A stretch of DNA of 64,000 bases from Callorhinchus milii (Eukaryota): positions 40,240,001 to 40,304,000 of the forward strand of contig NW_024704743.1 in the NCBI RefSeq assembly GCF_018977255.1, written 5' to 3'. Every line of letters starts with the position of its first letter. Position 1 is the first letter of the stretch. The notes under the pieces are model-generated. The model was not told where the DNA came from. It made no database searches and was given only the letters and a program-made list of their open reading frames with translations. This document shows positions 1 through 12,122 of the stretch, piece by piece. A program made the translations under genes and the position numbers.

Positions 1-89
1 ATTATATACATAGCAACTTTCATTGAAAAAACACCATTCACATAGAATAGCGTCTCGGAATGGTTTATGATGGTGGGGTTAATGCAAGC

Positions 90-480
90 AGAGAGGAAGG
101 GAGAGAGGGGCTGTGGAGGTGACCATAGCCATAAATTGATGAGGTAGGTTTTAAACTAGAGCTTGAAGAAATCCAGAGAGGTCTGAGGTGGAGGGGTAGA
201 GGGAGGGAGTTCTCGAGGTTAGGTGTAAAGAAAGCTCAGACACTGATGATAGAGCATGGTAAACACAGTCAGCCCTATTTAGCTGAGCAGAGAAGTCAAG
301 CAGAGGAATAGGGTAGGAGGAGATCAGAGAGATAGGAAAGTGCTCAGGGAAGTAGGGATTTATAGGTGAGGATAAGAAACGTGAAATTGGTCTGCTGAGA
401 GACTGGGAGCCAGTGAAGCCTAGCAAGGACTGGGGGTGATGGATAAGCAAGTGTGGTGCATGTGAAGATATGGGCAGTGG
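90..480 (-). mobile_element. Degenerate L2 LINE 3' fragment
   Basis: Purine-rich + strand aligns by eye to the better-preserved L2 copies at 7073-7525 and 12927-14497 (e.g. tataggtgaggataag...aaattggtctgctgagagactgggagccagtgaag). Confidence 0.6.
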
Positions 481-1311
481 ATCTACATGCTACAAGGTAT
501 AAACAAGGATTACAGATATAAATACTATTATTATTTTACATCTTTTTCCACTTTGCTTTAAAAAACAAGGACTTCAGTAACCAAGTCTCATTAAAGAACT
601 GACTTCTGTCCTTTGGGATGAACTCAATAATGGAAAAGTTATTTCTGTGCATATCTATTGATCAAACAGAAAGACAGAAACAATTCTGGTTTCAATCAGG
701 TAGAAGAGAGAAAAAATTAGAATCTACTTGCAGATAATGTGCTATTGGTTTGTTTGCCATTTTCATTTTCAATGATTAATGAACGCAGAAGCTGAGATTG
801 ATTCAACTAGCCACAGATAATGTTAGGAAACAAACAGAAATTGCTGCACTATGATATTCATATACATAGGTTCACTCTTTTGTTATTGATGGTGCATAGA
901 CACTTGATCGGAAAATCAATACAATCATGCAATCTTTTAGTGGTAGGAAAATTCCAGTGGTCCATAAAGAAATCATTCATGATTACTGGCTGTCGTTCAT
1001 CACTTTCTCCAGGAATGTATGGCAACATTTTGCTTAGCATTCCAGGATAATTCTTTGGCCTTCACATTTCTATTTTCATTCTTAAAAGCAAAGTAGAAAA
1101 GTCTGTTCAATGATGTAATTCTAACAAAAGTACCTGAGTGTCTGGCATTCCCAAATGCTTTTCAGAAAAATGCAGTCCCCCAATGCAGAACCCCCACCAC
1201 TTAATACACCCCTCTTTTGGTCGTGCTTTCCTAACAATGATTTTTGCTTCCTTCAGTTCAATGAATTTGAAATCAAAGTCAATGTGTTGCCCTTGACACC
1301 CAGTATTATCA

Positions 1312-1440
1312 ATAGTGAAGGAGTCTTCCATGTGGTACTTTGATAAAACGGCTTTGAAGATTTAATTCACAATGTATAGTGAAGGAATCTTCCATGTGGT
1401 ACTTTGATAAAACGGTTTTGAAGATCTTAATTCACAATGT
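1312..1440. repeat. Tandem duplication, 64/65-bp unit x2
   Basis: atagtgaaggartcttccatgtggtactttgataaaacggytttgaagat(c)ttaattcacaatgt at 1312-1375 and 1376-1440; 2 substitutions + 1 indel. Confidence 0.9.
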
Positions 1441-1569
1441 CTTAGGTCTTTAGTCAAGTTGGGGTGTCATCTCCTCACACAAGCCTACGAGGCATTGGTC
1501 AAACAAGAAGGAGCGTATAGATGTTTAAGAGGATTGGTTAGACAAGAGAGAGCGTATAGATATTGAAGA

Positions 1570-1823
1570 ATGCTGCATGAGATGGTGCGGGGGCTAGAGG
1601 AGAAATCATTTATGCAGATGAAGTGGAGACTGTGTGAGAGGTAGGATTTGAACCGTTCAAGTACAGAACCATACAGGTTGAGGTGAGAGGAGAGGCAGTG
1701 AAGGAGTATAGAGTGGTCAACAGTATCAAAGACAGCAGAGAAGTCAAGGAGGGCGAGGAGGCAGAGGGAGCCCTGGTCGCAGATGGAAAACATTTCATTT
1801 GTCACTTTGACTAAAGCTGTCAT
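1570..1823 (-). mobile_element. L2 LINE ORF2 reverse-transcriptase fragment
   Basis: ORF 1485-1823 TALVKVTNE...LLDFSAVFDTVDHSILL matches the L2/CR1-group RT motif (ETALVKVTND..LLDLSAAFDTVDH). Confidence 0.85.
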
Positions 1824-1859
1824 TGATTGGCTTACTTTTTGGACAAGTAATCTTCTATT

Positions 1860-2030
1860 TTTCTCTAATAATTAATTCCATAATTATTTACAATTATTGA
1901 GGTTGGGCTAATGGTCGGTAGTTGCCAGATATGGTTCTGTCACCTTTCTCGAATATTTTGCTGTTGTTGTTGTTGATGGGAATAACATTTGCTTACTTAC
2001 AGTTTGTTGAAACTGTACCAATTGTGAAAT
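1860..2030 (-). mobile_element. CR1 ORF2 fragment (decayed)
   Basis: Minus strand reads ANVIP...FEKGDRTISGNYRP, the CR1 'ANVTPIFKKG..PGNYRP' motif; interrupted by a short (TTG)n. Confidence 0.6.
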
Positions 2031-3082
2031 TATACCAGATCTAAACTCTTGCTGGACTCAGATCCCAAGCTTCACCAGTCTTGTAGAACTGATTTCTGCT
2101 AAGATTAAATCCAAATCTTCTGACACAAGTTAAGAAGATCCCAACATTAGATAGTCAAATCCAATTGTACATCTTCACATAACTGAGTCCTATTACTCAG
2201 CTTTACAAAATTAAACTCAGTTATCTCTGTTACCGTCTGCTACTCAAATTCATAATCTCCAACAAACGAATGAAGATCTTAGCCATAGAGCCCCTGGGTA
2301 AATCTTTTGAGAATCATTTTCTTGGCTCCATTATGGAAATACATTTGCAACAAATTTACAAAGTCGAGTATTACAGATGATAAGATGAAATATTTATATA
2401 AGATCATGCATTTTTATACTTAGACTCAGCATTTAATTCCTTCACTAATAACATATCATTTACAACATTGCAAACTGCATAATATAATCAGAGATATATT
2501 GCAATTTTTTTTTCTAAAGTGTTTTAAGTGTTTTCAGCTCTCAAACATAAAAATGATGCCATTACCAAAGCATGATACTTCAGCAAATAATCTCATAGTG
2601 TGCCCTTCATTGGGAAAAATTAAAGCTTTCAATCAAAGCAACACTACCTCAGACTTGCACTCAAACCCACACCCAAGTTTGTTTTACTGAGGTTCAGAAT
2701 GGAGTGTCAAATGCAATAATTAAGTTAAGTGAATTGCAGTGGGAGCATTAGATAAAGAGGTTCTATCCAATAAAAAATGCTTGAGATGCTTTAAATCTCA
2801 TAATTTCAATACCATTTATGTAAAATTGTTTTTGAAACACATTTTGCTGAGATTGATACTTCACATGTTTATCTGATTAATTATGCAGTGCTGTTGGCAT
2901 TAATTTTGCAATGTTATTTTTTCAGCTTCTCAAGTGTCACAAAGGAACAAAGTACTGTAGTTTTTGCAAAAATAGTTCAGTGCCATATTTAGGTACATCA
3001 ACCTTCTTACAGTTTATGCTGACAGTGAAAGCACCATTGTTTTAGGAATGGTATAGAGCCCACTCAAAGTCAATCTGTGCAC

Positions 3083-3502
3083 TAATAATGCTTGCATTTG
3101 ACATAGCGCCTTATCACTTTGGGAAGATGTCTCAAAGAACTTCACAGGATACACTGTAAAGTGGTGTGATTTATATTTTGTGGGTGAACGCAGCAACCAA
3201 TTTGTGTACAGCAACATCCCACAGCCATGAAACAAATGACCAATTTAATTTGGTGGGGATGGCTGGCCAGGACACCGGGAAAACGTCTCTTCTCTTTTTG
3301 AACAGCGCCATGGGATTTTTATCATCCACTTGGACAGACAGATGCGACTTATGTTTAACATCTCAATCAAAGCATGGCAGCTCTGACAATACAGCACAAC
3401 CCCAGCACTGCACTTGAGCGTCAGCAAGGATTATTTGAGTTCCAAGTCAGGACGTGGGGCTTGAACCCACAATCTTCTGAGGCAGATTACTACTAACTGA
3501 GC
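3083..3502 (-). mobile_element. Old tRNA-derived Deu-domain SINE, near full length
   Basis: Core gccatgggattttta..tccact.gacagacag..tgtttaacatctca..aagcatggcagctctgacaat typical of the Deu domain (AmnSINE1/SacSINE1 group); tRNA-like head (gctcagttagtagt..ggttcaagccc) and L2-like tail with (ATT)n. Confidence 0.8.
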
Positions 3503-3840
3503 TCTGCTGACAGGACCTAAATTAACCCTGATTGTGCAATAGTGCATGAATAAAATGACACTGGTATTATTTAAACAATGGCATGAGTGGACAGGACTGA
3601 ATAACACTATTTACCCAAACTGCACTCGTTAGCAAAAGGAGAGCTCTACATGTGCATTCTTAAACACATGGACTCTTCTCATCAGCTTCCCTCCAACTGT
3701 TGGTGAAATTCTCTGTTTGAAATGATCTGACGGATCAGTCAGGCTGACTGGGCTCTAATTAGTCTATACTTGCGTTAGATTGACGAAAATATATAGAAAT
3801 TATAACACCTTATAGCAATTATAAAACATTAGTTTAAAAA

Positions 3841-4428
3841 TGTTGGAAGAACGCTGAGCCTATTGGCTTCAGGCACTGGGAGAAGCAGCCACGACCCCCA
3901 ATCCTGGAGTATGAGGTAAGGACCATCTGGAGATAGGGAAAGACCCTGAGCCTGGTACCAGGACAATGGAATGTGTGTCTGAAAGCTTTTTCTTGTAAAC
4001 TAGTTACATTCTCAAGGGCAGTACTGAGATACGGTGAAGCCTGTCTCAATTCCGGACGGCCAAAAGAGGAGAACATCGTTGATCAGGTTAGACATGACAA
4101 AGGAAGAATAAAATTCTGGAGACCATAATCTTATCTGGCCGGAGCAAAGGTTAGAGGGGAATTTAGCATAATTGGGGTGCCACCGAACAGAGAGGTGTGG
4201 AAGCAGAGAGAGAAATAAAGAGAGAACATGAGTAATTGCAAAAGCTTGAGGCTGGGAAGCTGATATGAAAGTCTGAAATCAGCCTACAGACTACATAGAA
4301 CTGGTAGCATGACAATTTACCGCTTTTGCTATATACTCATAAACTGTTTGTGAATAATAAACCATTATACCTTTATTAAGGATTGTTGAGTCATTATTTC
4401 GGATCCTCGGGATCGGTATATCCCAACA
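3841..4428 (+). mobile_element. Probable solo LTR (588 bp)
   Basis: Starts TGTTGGAA, ends TCCCAACA (TG..CA, 7/8 inverted termini); AATAAA at 4356-4361; more GC-rich than flanks; no matching TSD seen. Confidence 0.6.
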
Positions 4429-4617
4429 GTTGTAAGTTTGGAGTTCTGCTGCAACTGCAGCAAAGATAAAGAGATGATCTCCTACAAGCAATCTCATAGT
4501 CAATGTTGAATTCAAGTCAACGGTGGTATGGATAAAAATCTTTGAAATGAAGCAACATTGCAGTACAACTAACTTACTATGTGCTTATGATGTGCAACAG
4601 AACTGCAATGTGCAGAA

Positions 4618-4850
4618 TGTAATAATCCTCGCAAATAATATTCACCATATCATCAACATGCTTCAAAGCGCTTCACAGGATAGTTACAGTGAAGTGTAGT
4701 AACTGTAGGTGAACAAAGCAAGCAATTTGCACACAGCAATGTCCCACAAACAACCATGAATTGATTGACCAATTTCATTTGGAGGATTAATGGCCTGTAC
4801 AACAGGGGAAACTCCTTTTTCTTTTTAAATAATGTCACAGGATTTCCCTT
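4618..4850 (-). mobile_element. Degenerate Deu-SINE fragment
   Basis: aagcgcttcacagga..caatttgcacacagcaatgtcccacaaaca matches the SINE 3' half seen elsewhere in the window. Confidence 0.6.
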
Positions 4851-5748
4851 TCCATGCCACGTAACAATGATGTACTTTATAATTATAGTGTGAAGTATAA
4901 TTTAAGCATCAGAAATAAAAGTGGACATCATTAAAGATGAATGATGAGAATCTGAAATGGAACGATTGGGGTGAAAATGCAATGTTTTGTAACAGATTCA
5001 GTGTGATAATTATCAACTTTCAGTCTGGAATAAGTCATCTTATCTCAGTCATGACAGTAGTAGGGACCCATAAGATCATATCCTGGTATAAGAAATTTTT
5101 TTGAGGAGAAATATTAGAGGATAAGCCCAGGTTGCTATTTTATTTGTGTAAAATTGTAGGGTTGAATTCATTCTTTTTAAAATGAAATTAATCTTTAATT
5201 ATGATTTAATTTCACTAAAGATTACTACAGCAGGCAGAACATTTTTTAAGCCACTTGTTAAGCCTCTTAATTGTGTTATCCTAAATTGCCCTTCATCTTG
5301 CTGCAGAGCTGATTAGACACTGTCTCCCATTCACAGATAGGCTTGGCTCCAAATATTGATGCTTTGCCCAATGAATCATGAAGACAATATGAATACTTAG
5401 CTTCAAGACTCTTTCTAAACACACATGCATACACACAAAAATGTAATTTGACAGGAACTGTTGTACAGAATAGAAACAATGTGTTCTTATTACTTCAATT
5501 TATGGTAGGCTTTGTGCTTTGAGGCAAATATCTTATGTAGTCCTTAATTTTACTGACATTGCAGTGTAGTAACTATTGTTATGTCGGTAAAAGTGACAAT
5601 TACTCTGCTTCCACGGCATTTGTTAATGTAGATTTTGTTTTGTTGTTCCTGTCAACAAACAGACTATGTGTTTAGGAAACAAAGCACACAAAACTGTTCA
5701 CTCCGGCATTGGGAAACTGTACACAATTCATGTTAGTCTCATTCAGTT

Positions 5749-6360
5749 AAGAACATAAGAACATAAGAATTTGCTAGGTGAAAGAAGATCATCCTTCCAC
5801 CATCCTGGCAGTCGCTTGACACACCATGTCCCAAATTATATCCTCTATCACACGATATTATTTTCTAGTGGAAATCTATTCAATTTGTTCTAGAAAAAAT
5901 AACATTCTGCTTCCACCGTCTCCCTAGGGAGCCTGTTGCATGAGTTTACTACTCGCTCACTGAAGTAGTTTACGAAGATTTGTTCTGAATTTACCCCCCT
6001 TCAATCGCAGGCTGTGTCCTCTGGTTCTACTGTTCAGTAAAAGATAAAACAGCTTATCATGGTCTACATTATCTATTCCCATGAGAATCTTAAAGACTGC
6101 AATCATATCGCCCCTCAACCTTCTCTTCTCCAGTGTGAACATGCCCAGTTTATCTGATCGCTCCTCATAGTTAGTCCCTCCATCCCCTCAACCTTTTGGT
6201 TGCCCTCCTCTGTATTCTCTCAATTGCTGCAATATTCTTTTTATATTGTGGTGACCAGAACTGCACACAGTATTCCAAGTCCGGTTACACCAGTGATTTA
6301 TAAAGTCGCAGAATTACCCCACTATTTTGGCTCAATATTGCCCTATTAATACAGCCCAGG
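5749..6360 (-). mobile_element. CR1 LINE 3' fragment
   Basis: ORF FTLEKRRLRGDMIAVFKILMG...RTRGHSLRLKGGKFRTNLRK is the CR1 ORF2 C-terminus; terminal (TTCTTATG)n-type repeat at 5749-5769. Confidence 0.9.
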
Positions 6361-7072
6361 GACTTCTGCAGCTTGTGTAGCATCAGAGGTGGTCATTAAT
6401 CCCATTGTTCAGTGGTGAATGGATTGATATAGAATAGCTACAATGTGTGTCTGCATAAAAACTGTCAAACCATGGCTAAGTAATTTATTGTGTGAAACCT
6501 GTGGATCATTTCAAAGTGCTAAGGTTCTTCATCAAATCTGAGGTCTATTCATTATCATTTAATTTGATTGACACAATTTGTGCTTATGTCAATGAAATTG
6601 TTTGGAAAGATTCCACGTTGCAAGAGAAAGAATGACACATTTTACGAAGTAAAAGAGATTTTGAGATTAAAGACAAGCAAACATAGTGTTGAAAGATTTG
6701 CATAAAAAGTGCAAAATGATTGGAGATCAGAAATGGAAACAGCCTGAGAGCTATACATGACTTTGTAGGGAGTTTCTCCCATGGCTCTGGCCAACAATCC
6801 TCCAGATAAATTGTTCATTCATCTTGTGCTTATTCATGGATCTTGCTGTGCACAATATCTGCCATGTGCTGCTCAAAAAAGAAGTCACTACATTTGAGAT
6901 TAATTATTGTAAAGAGTGGAACAGTAACAATTTACATATCTATAGCACTCTTTGCATCGGATAATGCCTCAGAGCACTTCACAGCATTGGGATTGGATGC
7001 CAAACAAGTGAGAAGGAAAAGCATAGGTGACCATAAATGCAGTCGAAGAGGTAGGTTTTAAAGTGTGATTTA

Positions 7073-7525
7073 TCAACAAGATTACATTTGTATAGCGCCT
7101 TTCATGTTAGGAGGACGTCCCAAGGCGCTGGACAGTGTACAGCATTTCAGACCAGAGCTGGGGTTGGGGGGGTAAGGGAGGGGAGGGGAAGGTAGGTGGC
7201 CGATGGCATGGTCGAAGAGAAGGGTCTTGAGGCGGGACTTGAAGGAAACTAAGGAGGGGAGAGGCGGAGTGACTGGGGTATGGAATTCCAGAGGCTGGGG
7301 ACAGAGTGGCTGAAGGCTCTCCCGACAATGGTGAGGTCGGGGGACGTGGAGCAGGCCGGAGCCAGCTGAGCAGAGGGAGCGGGCAGGTTGGTAGGGGATT
7401 AGGAAGTTGCAGAAGTAGGGTGGGGCGAGGCCATGGAGGGCTTTGTAGGTGAGGACCAGGATCTTGAACTGGATCCTCTGAAGGATAGGGAGCCAATGGA
7501 GTCGGGCGAGAGTGGGGGGGATGGG
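7073..7525 (-). mobile_element. L2 LINE 3' end (family A tail), 5'-truncated
   Basis: LARLHWLPILQRIQFKILVLTYKALHGLAP = L2 ORF2 C-terminus; tail gcgccttgggacgtcctcctaacatgaaaggcgctatacaaatgtaatcttgttg. Confidence 0.9.
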
Positions 7526-7745
7526 AGATTTACAGACAAATAGCAAAGGGATAAGACAAACAGATAGAAGTTGGGAGTTCCAGAGGTTAGAAATATAAAT
7601 ACTGAAGGCTTGCCCACCAATGGTGGTTTGAAGGTGGCTGGGGATGTGCAACAGTCCTGTTTTAGTTGAGCCAAGGTGTTGAGCAGAGGAGTGAGGTATG
7701 ATTAGGTCAGCAAGGTGTTCGGGTATGAAGGGATTTTTATGGGAA
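7526..7745 (-). mobile_element. Older L2 fragment adjoining the 7073-7525 copy
   Basis: GLLHIPSHLQTTIGGQAFSIYISNLWNS resembles the L2 C-terminal 'GGRAFS..AP.LWN' motif. Confidence 0.6.
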
Positions 7746-7749
7746 CTGT

Positions 7750-8005
7750 CATCCTCTGTACGAGATGTCAAACTGAGATGTCATCTGCTTGTTTGAGTAG
7801 ATGTGGTACTATTTGAAAAGGAGAGGGAATTTTTCACAGTCTCCTAGCCTACAGATAAAATAAATGATCATTTATTTCATAGTTGTTTTGGAGACAATGT
7901 TTGTGCAAATTGCCTGCCGTGTTCACCTACAAAATGTAGCCACTACACATCGCAAATTTTTTTTGAAGTGCTTGGAGACATTTCAACATGATCAAGTGCT
8001 ATATC
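7750..8005 (+). mobile_element. Degenerate Deu-SINE 3' part
   Basis: gtgcaaattgcctgccgtgttcacc..gaagtgcttggagacatt..gtgctatatcaaatgcaaggattattatt. Confidence 0.6.
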
Positions 8006-8049
8006 AAATGCAAGGATTATTATTAACCTACTTTGCTCTAAGGAATACA

Positions 8050-8430
8050 ACCCTCGTCTCCCTTCCCTATCATCATAGCTAAGCCCCTTCAGCACAGGTA
8101 TTAATCTTGTGAACTATTGGTGGACATCCTTCAGGCTAATTTCTCCTTCCTAAGATTAGGTGGCCAAAACTGGACAGAATTCTCCAAATGAGGTCTGATT
8201 AGCACTCCATATAACTAGAGCATCAGCTCTTTACTGTCATATTTTAGACTTGTGTAAGGCCAGCATCACATTTGCTTTAATATGTGTTTTGTGCCCCCGC
8301 TACCTAGATTTTAATGATCTCTAAACTGAACCCCAGGAACTTTCTGTGCATCAGCTCTTTCCAGTGCTTTATTTAGAATATATTCTCATCTATTAATCTT
8401 CTATCTGAAGTATACAACCTCAAATGTTGC
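8050..8430 (-). mobile_element. Degenerate CR1 fragment
   Basis: ggtggccaaaactggacagaattctccaaatgaggtctgatt is the antisense of the CR1 'RPHLEY.VQFW.P' region. Confidence 0.6.
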
Positions 8431-9386
8431 AGTGTTGTCTAACCTTGTATCCAGATTAGATAAATAGGAAGATTGGCTGAATGCCTTTTCTTTCTGATGA
8501 TAAGCAAAAGTCATGAACAAAATGATACTGGCCTTTCTCTATCGAGACCCCGGTGGATAAGAGATAATGAGTCAACACTGCCTTAACTGGCATTTACCAG
8601 GAAAACTCATTCTGTGAACCCTTAGGGAACACTATTATAGAAAGTGGAAATGTCATACTGGTGGCCACAGAGTGGGCTAAGAAACAATGTGGAGACAGTG
8701 AAAGTCAGGTCTAAACTGTAATTCAAGCCACGGTTACATTGACTCAGGAGATGAGTGATCTCAGATGATTCTGTTGTCAACCAGGCTCTCTGCCTGAAGC
8801 TATTTATACATTTTGTGGCAGTTTCATTTAATACAGGTTGTGAGCAGTGAATACTCCAAATGGACTCCTCTTGGAAAGCACACCTCGAATGCAAAGGCGA
8901 CTGCAAATTAACTGTACATGGCAACAGTCTGGAAGTTTTTTCTTCCACAAAAACAGAAAGCGAGAAAGATCTGTTGGATACTCAGAAAGAGAATAAGGAA
9001 CAACTGACTAGGACCAATGGAAGGGGATCAGGAGGTAGAAAAGCAGGAAGCAGGGAGAACTGAGTAGAGGGTTTTTGGTTGGACTGTTTTATTTTGTGAG
9101 CTAAAATAAAAGAGTGTTCTACACATTGTTTGTTGAGAACATAACAAGATCTGATGCTCAGTGCTCTTGTCAAATAAAATGTGTCATTTTGGATTGAAGC
9201 CAAAAGTCATAATCATCAGTAGATTGACAGCAGCAGCTGGGGGCAGGGTTGCACAAATAAAAGTGCTACACATGCATTAATAAAAATGTTAACTTATTGT
9301 CACTGTTTGTATGGTGTGGTAAGAATCTGTATGGGAAGAGATAGCAGCTATTTAATGTATTTCTAAAATGCATCAACTTGTTCTAT

Positions 9387-9711
9387 TAATAATAATAATA
9401 ATAATCCTTGCATTTGATATAGCGCTTTTCACGTCGGGAGGACGTCCCAAAGCGCTTCACAGAACACACTGTAAAGTGAATTGACTGTATATTTGTGGGC
9501 GAACGCGGCAGCCAATTGCGCACAGCAATGTCCCACAAACAGTCGTAGATTGAAAATGACCAATTTAATTATTGTTTTTGGTTTTTGGAGGGATTATTAT
9601 TAGGCATGTGGAGTAAGGAAACTTGCCCAAGGTTTCGCCCTCTGCCTGGAATTGAACTCAGGTCTCTCACTTACAAAGCGAGTGCTCTAACCACTGAGCT
9701 ACAGGACTCCA
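9387..9711 (-). mobile_element. Young tRNA-derived SINE, full length (resembles SINE2-1_CM)
   Basis: Head TGGAGTCCTGTAGCTCAGTGGTTAGAGCACTCGC (A box) ..GAGTTCAATTCC (B box); Deu-like core gtgcgcaattggctgccgcgttcg; L2-like tail + (ATT)n; near-identical to 42546-42863. Confidence 0.95.
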
Positions 9712-9960
9712 GGACTATTCTTCACTTGATCAAGTTTATGCATTGTTTGTTTGTACATTTTGTAAGGATTGTTCATGTTCTGCCTCCAGTATAAGATTGC
9801 CCTGAAAAGGTTATTTTTCTGATGTATAACTATACAAAAAAGGTAATTGGGAAAGTTCTGTATTGAAGAATTTATCATATTCTGGATACTTTGTAATGCT
9901 ACCCAGATAAAGTAATTCCAGATGGAATTTATCCCCTGAGCGTTTTACATGTCACCTTTT

Positions 9961-9967
9961 ATTATTA

Positions 9968-10010
<43 letters not shown>
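9961..10010. repeat. (ATT)n microsatellite
   Basis: ~16 ATT units. Confidence 0.9.
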
Positions 10011-10011
<1 letters not shown>

Positions 10012-10217
10012 CCTGGCTCCAGTGATAGTACTCTTGCCGCTGTGCCAAAATGATGTGGAATCAAGCTGCATTTTGGGGCTTGAGGTCATCGTCTGGGCTG
10101 GCACTCCCATCTGCAAAGATCCAATGACACAATTTAACCAGAGAAAGGAGTATCTTCATTCTTCCTTTACTAGCTTTAGACACTCAGGATTGTTCTGTGG
10201 CAACTATCATGATCTCA

Positions 10218-10523
10218 GTGGAGTCCTGTAGCTCAGTGGTTAGAGCACTCGCCTCACAAGCGAGAGACCTGGGTTTGATTCCCGGCAGGGCAAAACCTTG
10301 GGCAAGTTTCCTTACTCCACACAATACTAATCCCTCAAGAGAAAAAAACAATAATAATTTGGTCACTCAATCTACGAGTGTTTGAGGGGCATTGCTGTGC
10401 GCAATTGGCTGTCACGTTTCGCCCACAAAAGTACAGTCAATTCACTTTACAGTATATTCTGTGAAGCGCTTTGAGACATCTTGAAGACGTGTAAAGCGCT
10501 ATATTAAATGCAAGGCTTATTAT
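10218..10523 (+). mobile_element. Young tRNA-derived SINE, full length
   Basis: gtggagtcctgtagctcagtggttagagcactcgc head to aaatgcaaggcttattat tail. Confidence 0.93.
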
Positions 10524-10669
10524 ATACATATATATAACTAGGGACACACTTTCTAGATAGCTAGTGACAGACAACACAAGTATGTTTCAAGTTCATGTGC
10601 AGTTCTATACAATTGTAGGTACACAGCAATGCAGAACAGGTTTTATGTCTAGTAACAATCATCTATTGA

Positions 10670-10896
10670 CTTTCTCTTTGACCGAGCCTTCAGCTCCCCT
10701 CTCGACTCTCTTCCCCCTTCTCGCTCCCTCCCATCCCTCCCCTCACCCTGACCATTTCCCCCCTCCTCGCTCCCTCCCCTCCCCTCACCCTGACCATTTC
10801 CCCCCTGCTCGGGTCATGACCCAACTGTGCAGCACCTTGGGACGTCCTCCTGACGTGAAAGGCGCTTTATAAATGGAATCTTGTTGTTGTTGTTGT
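10670..10896 (+). mobile_element. Young L2 3' end (family A)
   Basis: Near-identical to the 3' end of 49148-49785; tail gacgtcctcctgacgtgaaaggcgctttataaatggaatc(ttg)n. Confidence 0.93.
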
Positions 10897-11502
10897 TTGT
10901 TTAAAAAAAAGTCAACAAAAGAAATGTCAATGTGTTTGTTTTGCAATTTTCTTCTTTCCTGAAGTCATGATTCCACAGCCAAAGGCAGCCCTCCAGCATA
11001 CATCAGTAGTACTTTATTGCAAATTGCTCTAAATATGACAGTTTGATTTGATTGAAATAGCCTACTCCTTTAGCAGCTCTGAAAATCAAAGATAGAATAG
11101 CCCCCAATGTTTAGGCTACAATCTGAACCCACAAGACACTATTTAAAATTCTGACGCAGGAGTAAATTCCATTATTCAGAGTTGCCAATGTGTCAAATAG
11201 GTTTAATTTTGAAGTGAAACGTTATGGGTACCTTGCCTTTCATGCCTTTGTTGAAGTCCGGCAAAATAAATTTCAATACATTTTGTGTGTGGTTCTCTGT
11301 CCCACACATACACGCACATGGTCTGGTGCACAACCAGAATTGTTGTGGCATTGGAATGTCCTCCCCGCATGAAAGGTGCTATATAAGTGTAAATTGTATT
11401 GTATTCTATCAATGTTCTGAGTACATCAATAGCATATCTTTCTCTGCCCTTCCCTTCTTGAGGTCAGCATTTAACAATCACAATTCATTGATGAATTCGC
11501 TG

Positions 11503-11576
11503 TTACCCTACATAAAAGGCCATTACCCTACATAAAAGTTGATTTATACATCATCTTTTATGTAGGGTAATGGCCT
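11503..11576. repeat. Perfect 22-bp inverted repeat plus 16-bp direct repeat
   Basis: aggccattaccctacataaaag (11517-11538) is the exact reverse complement of cttttatgtagggtaatggcct (11555-11576); ttaccctacataaaag also at 11503-11518. Confidence 0.9.
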
Positions 11577-11579
11577 CAA

Positions 11580-11900
11580 TGCAATTTACAGTCATTGTGC
11601 AGGACACCAATTTTGGAAGGGGAGAGGGAGGAGTTGGGAAGAGGGAGGTGACCGTAGGCACGATCAGAGAGGTCATTTTCAGGAGACTTCAAAACAGTTA
11701 GAGAGGGAACGAAAGTACAGCAAAAGGTCCAAGTTTGGCGAGTGGATGGGATTGGGTAGGAGAGGGAGGCTGGAGAAGGTCACAGAGGAGGGGGGCAAGG
11801 GTCTATGGGAATTTGTAGGTGATGTGCAGATGTTGAAATTGATCCCCTGGAGCGATTGGAACTTGAAAGGATGGATATGATGGGTAGCAAAGTTTTGTGT
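11580..11900 (-). mobile_element. Degenerate L2 3' fragment
   Basis: ggaatttgtaggtgatgtgcagatgttgaaattgatcccctgg aligns with the L2 C-terminal region. Confidence 0.55.
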
Positions 11901-12047
11901 GGTTAAGGATGTGAGCCTAGGTAGAGGCTAAGACATTAATTTGAAGCTCAATTCTCTTAGGTGATTGTGATTCACTGAAACTGAACGACAGATGTCAATT
12001 GAAGACAGTTAAACTTAGTAACAATAAATAATCATTATATATGTGAT

Positions 12048-12122
12048 CAACAACAACAACAACAAGATTACATTTATATAGCGCCTTTCACGTCGGGAGG
12101 ACATCCCAAGGTGCTGGGCAGT
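12048..12122 (-). mobile_element. Tail-only L2 insertion
   Basis: (caa)n gattacatttatatagcgcctttcacgtcgggaggacatcccaaggtgctg = L2-A terminal stem-loop + (TTG)n. Confidence 0.8.

Noticed and set aside
1995..2040. Strong minus-strand donor GTAAGT at 2000 as an exon end
   Set aside because: Lies inside a decayed CR1 RT fragment; upstream frames are closed and there is no polypyrimidine acceptor
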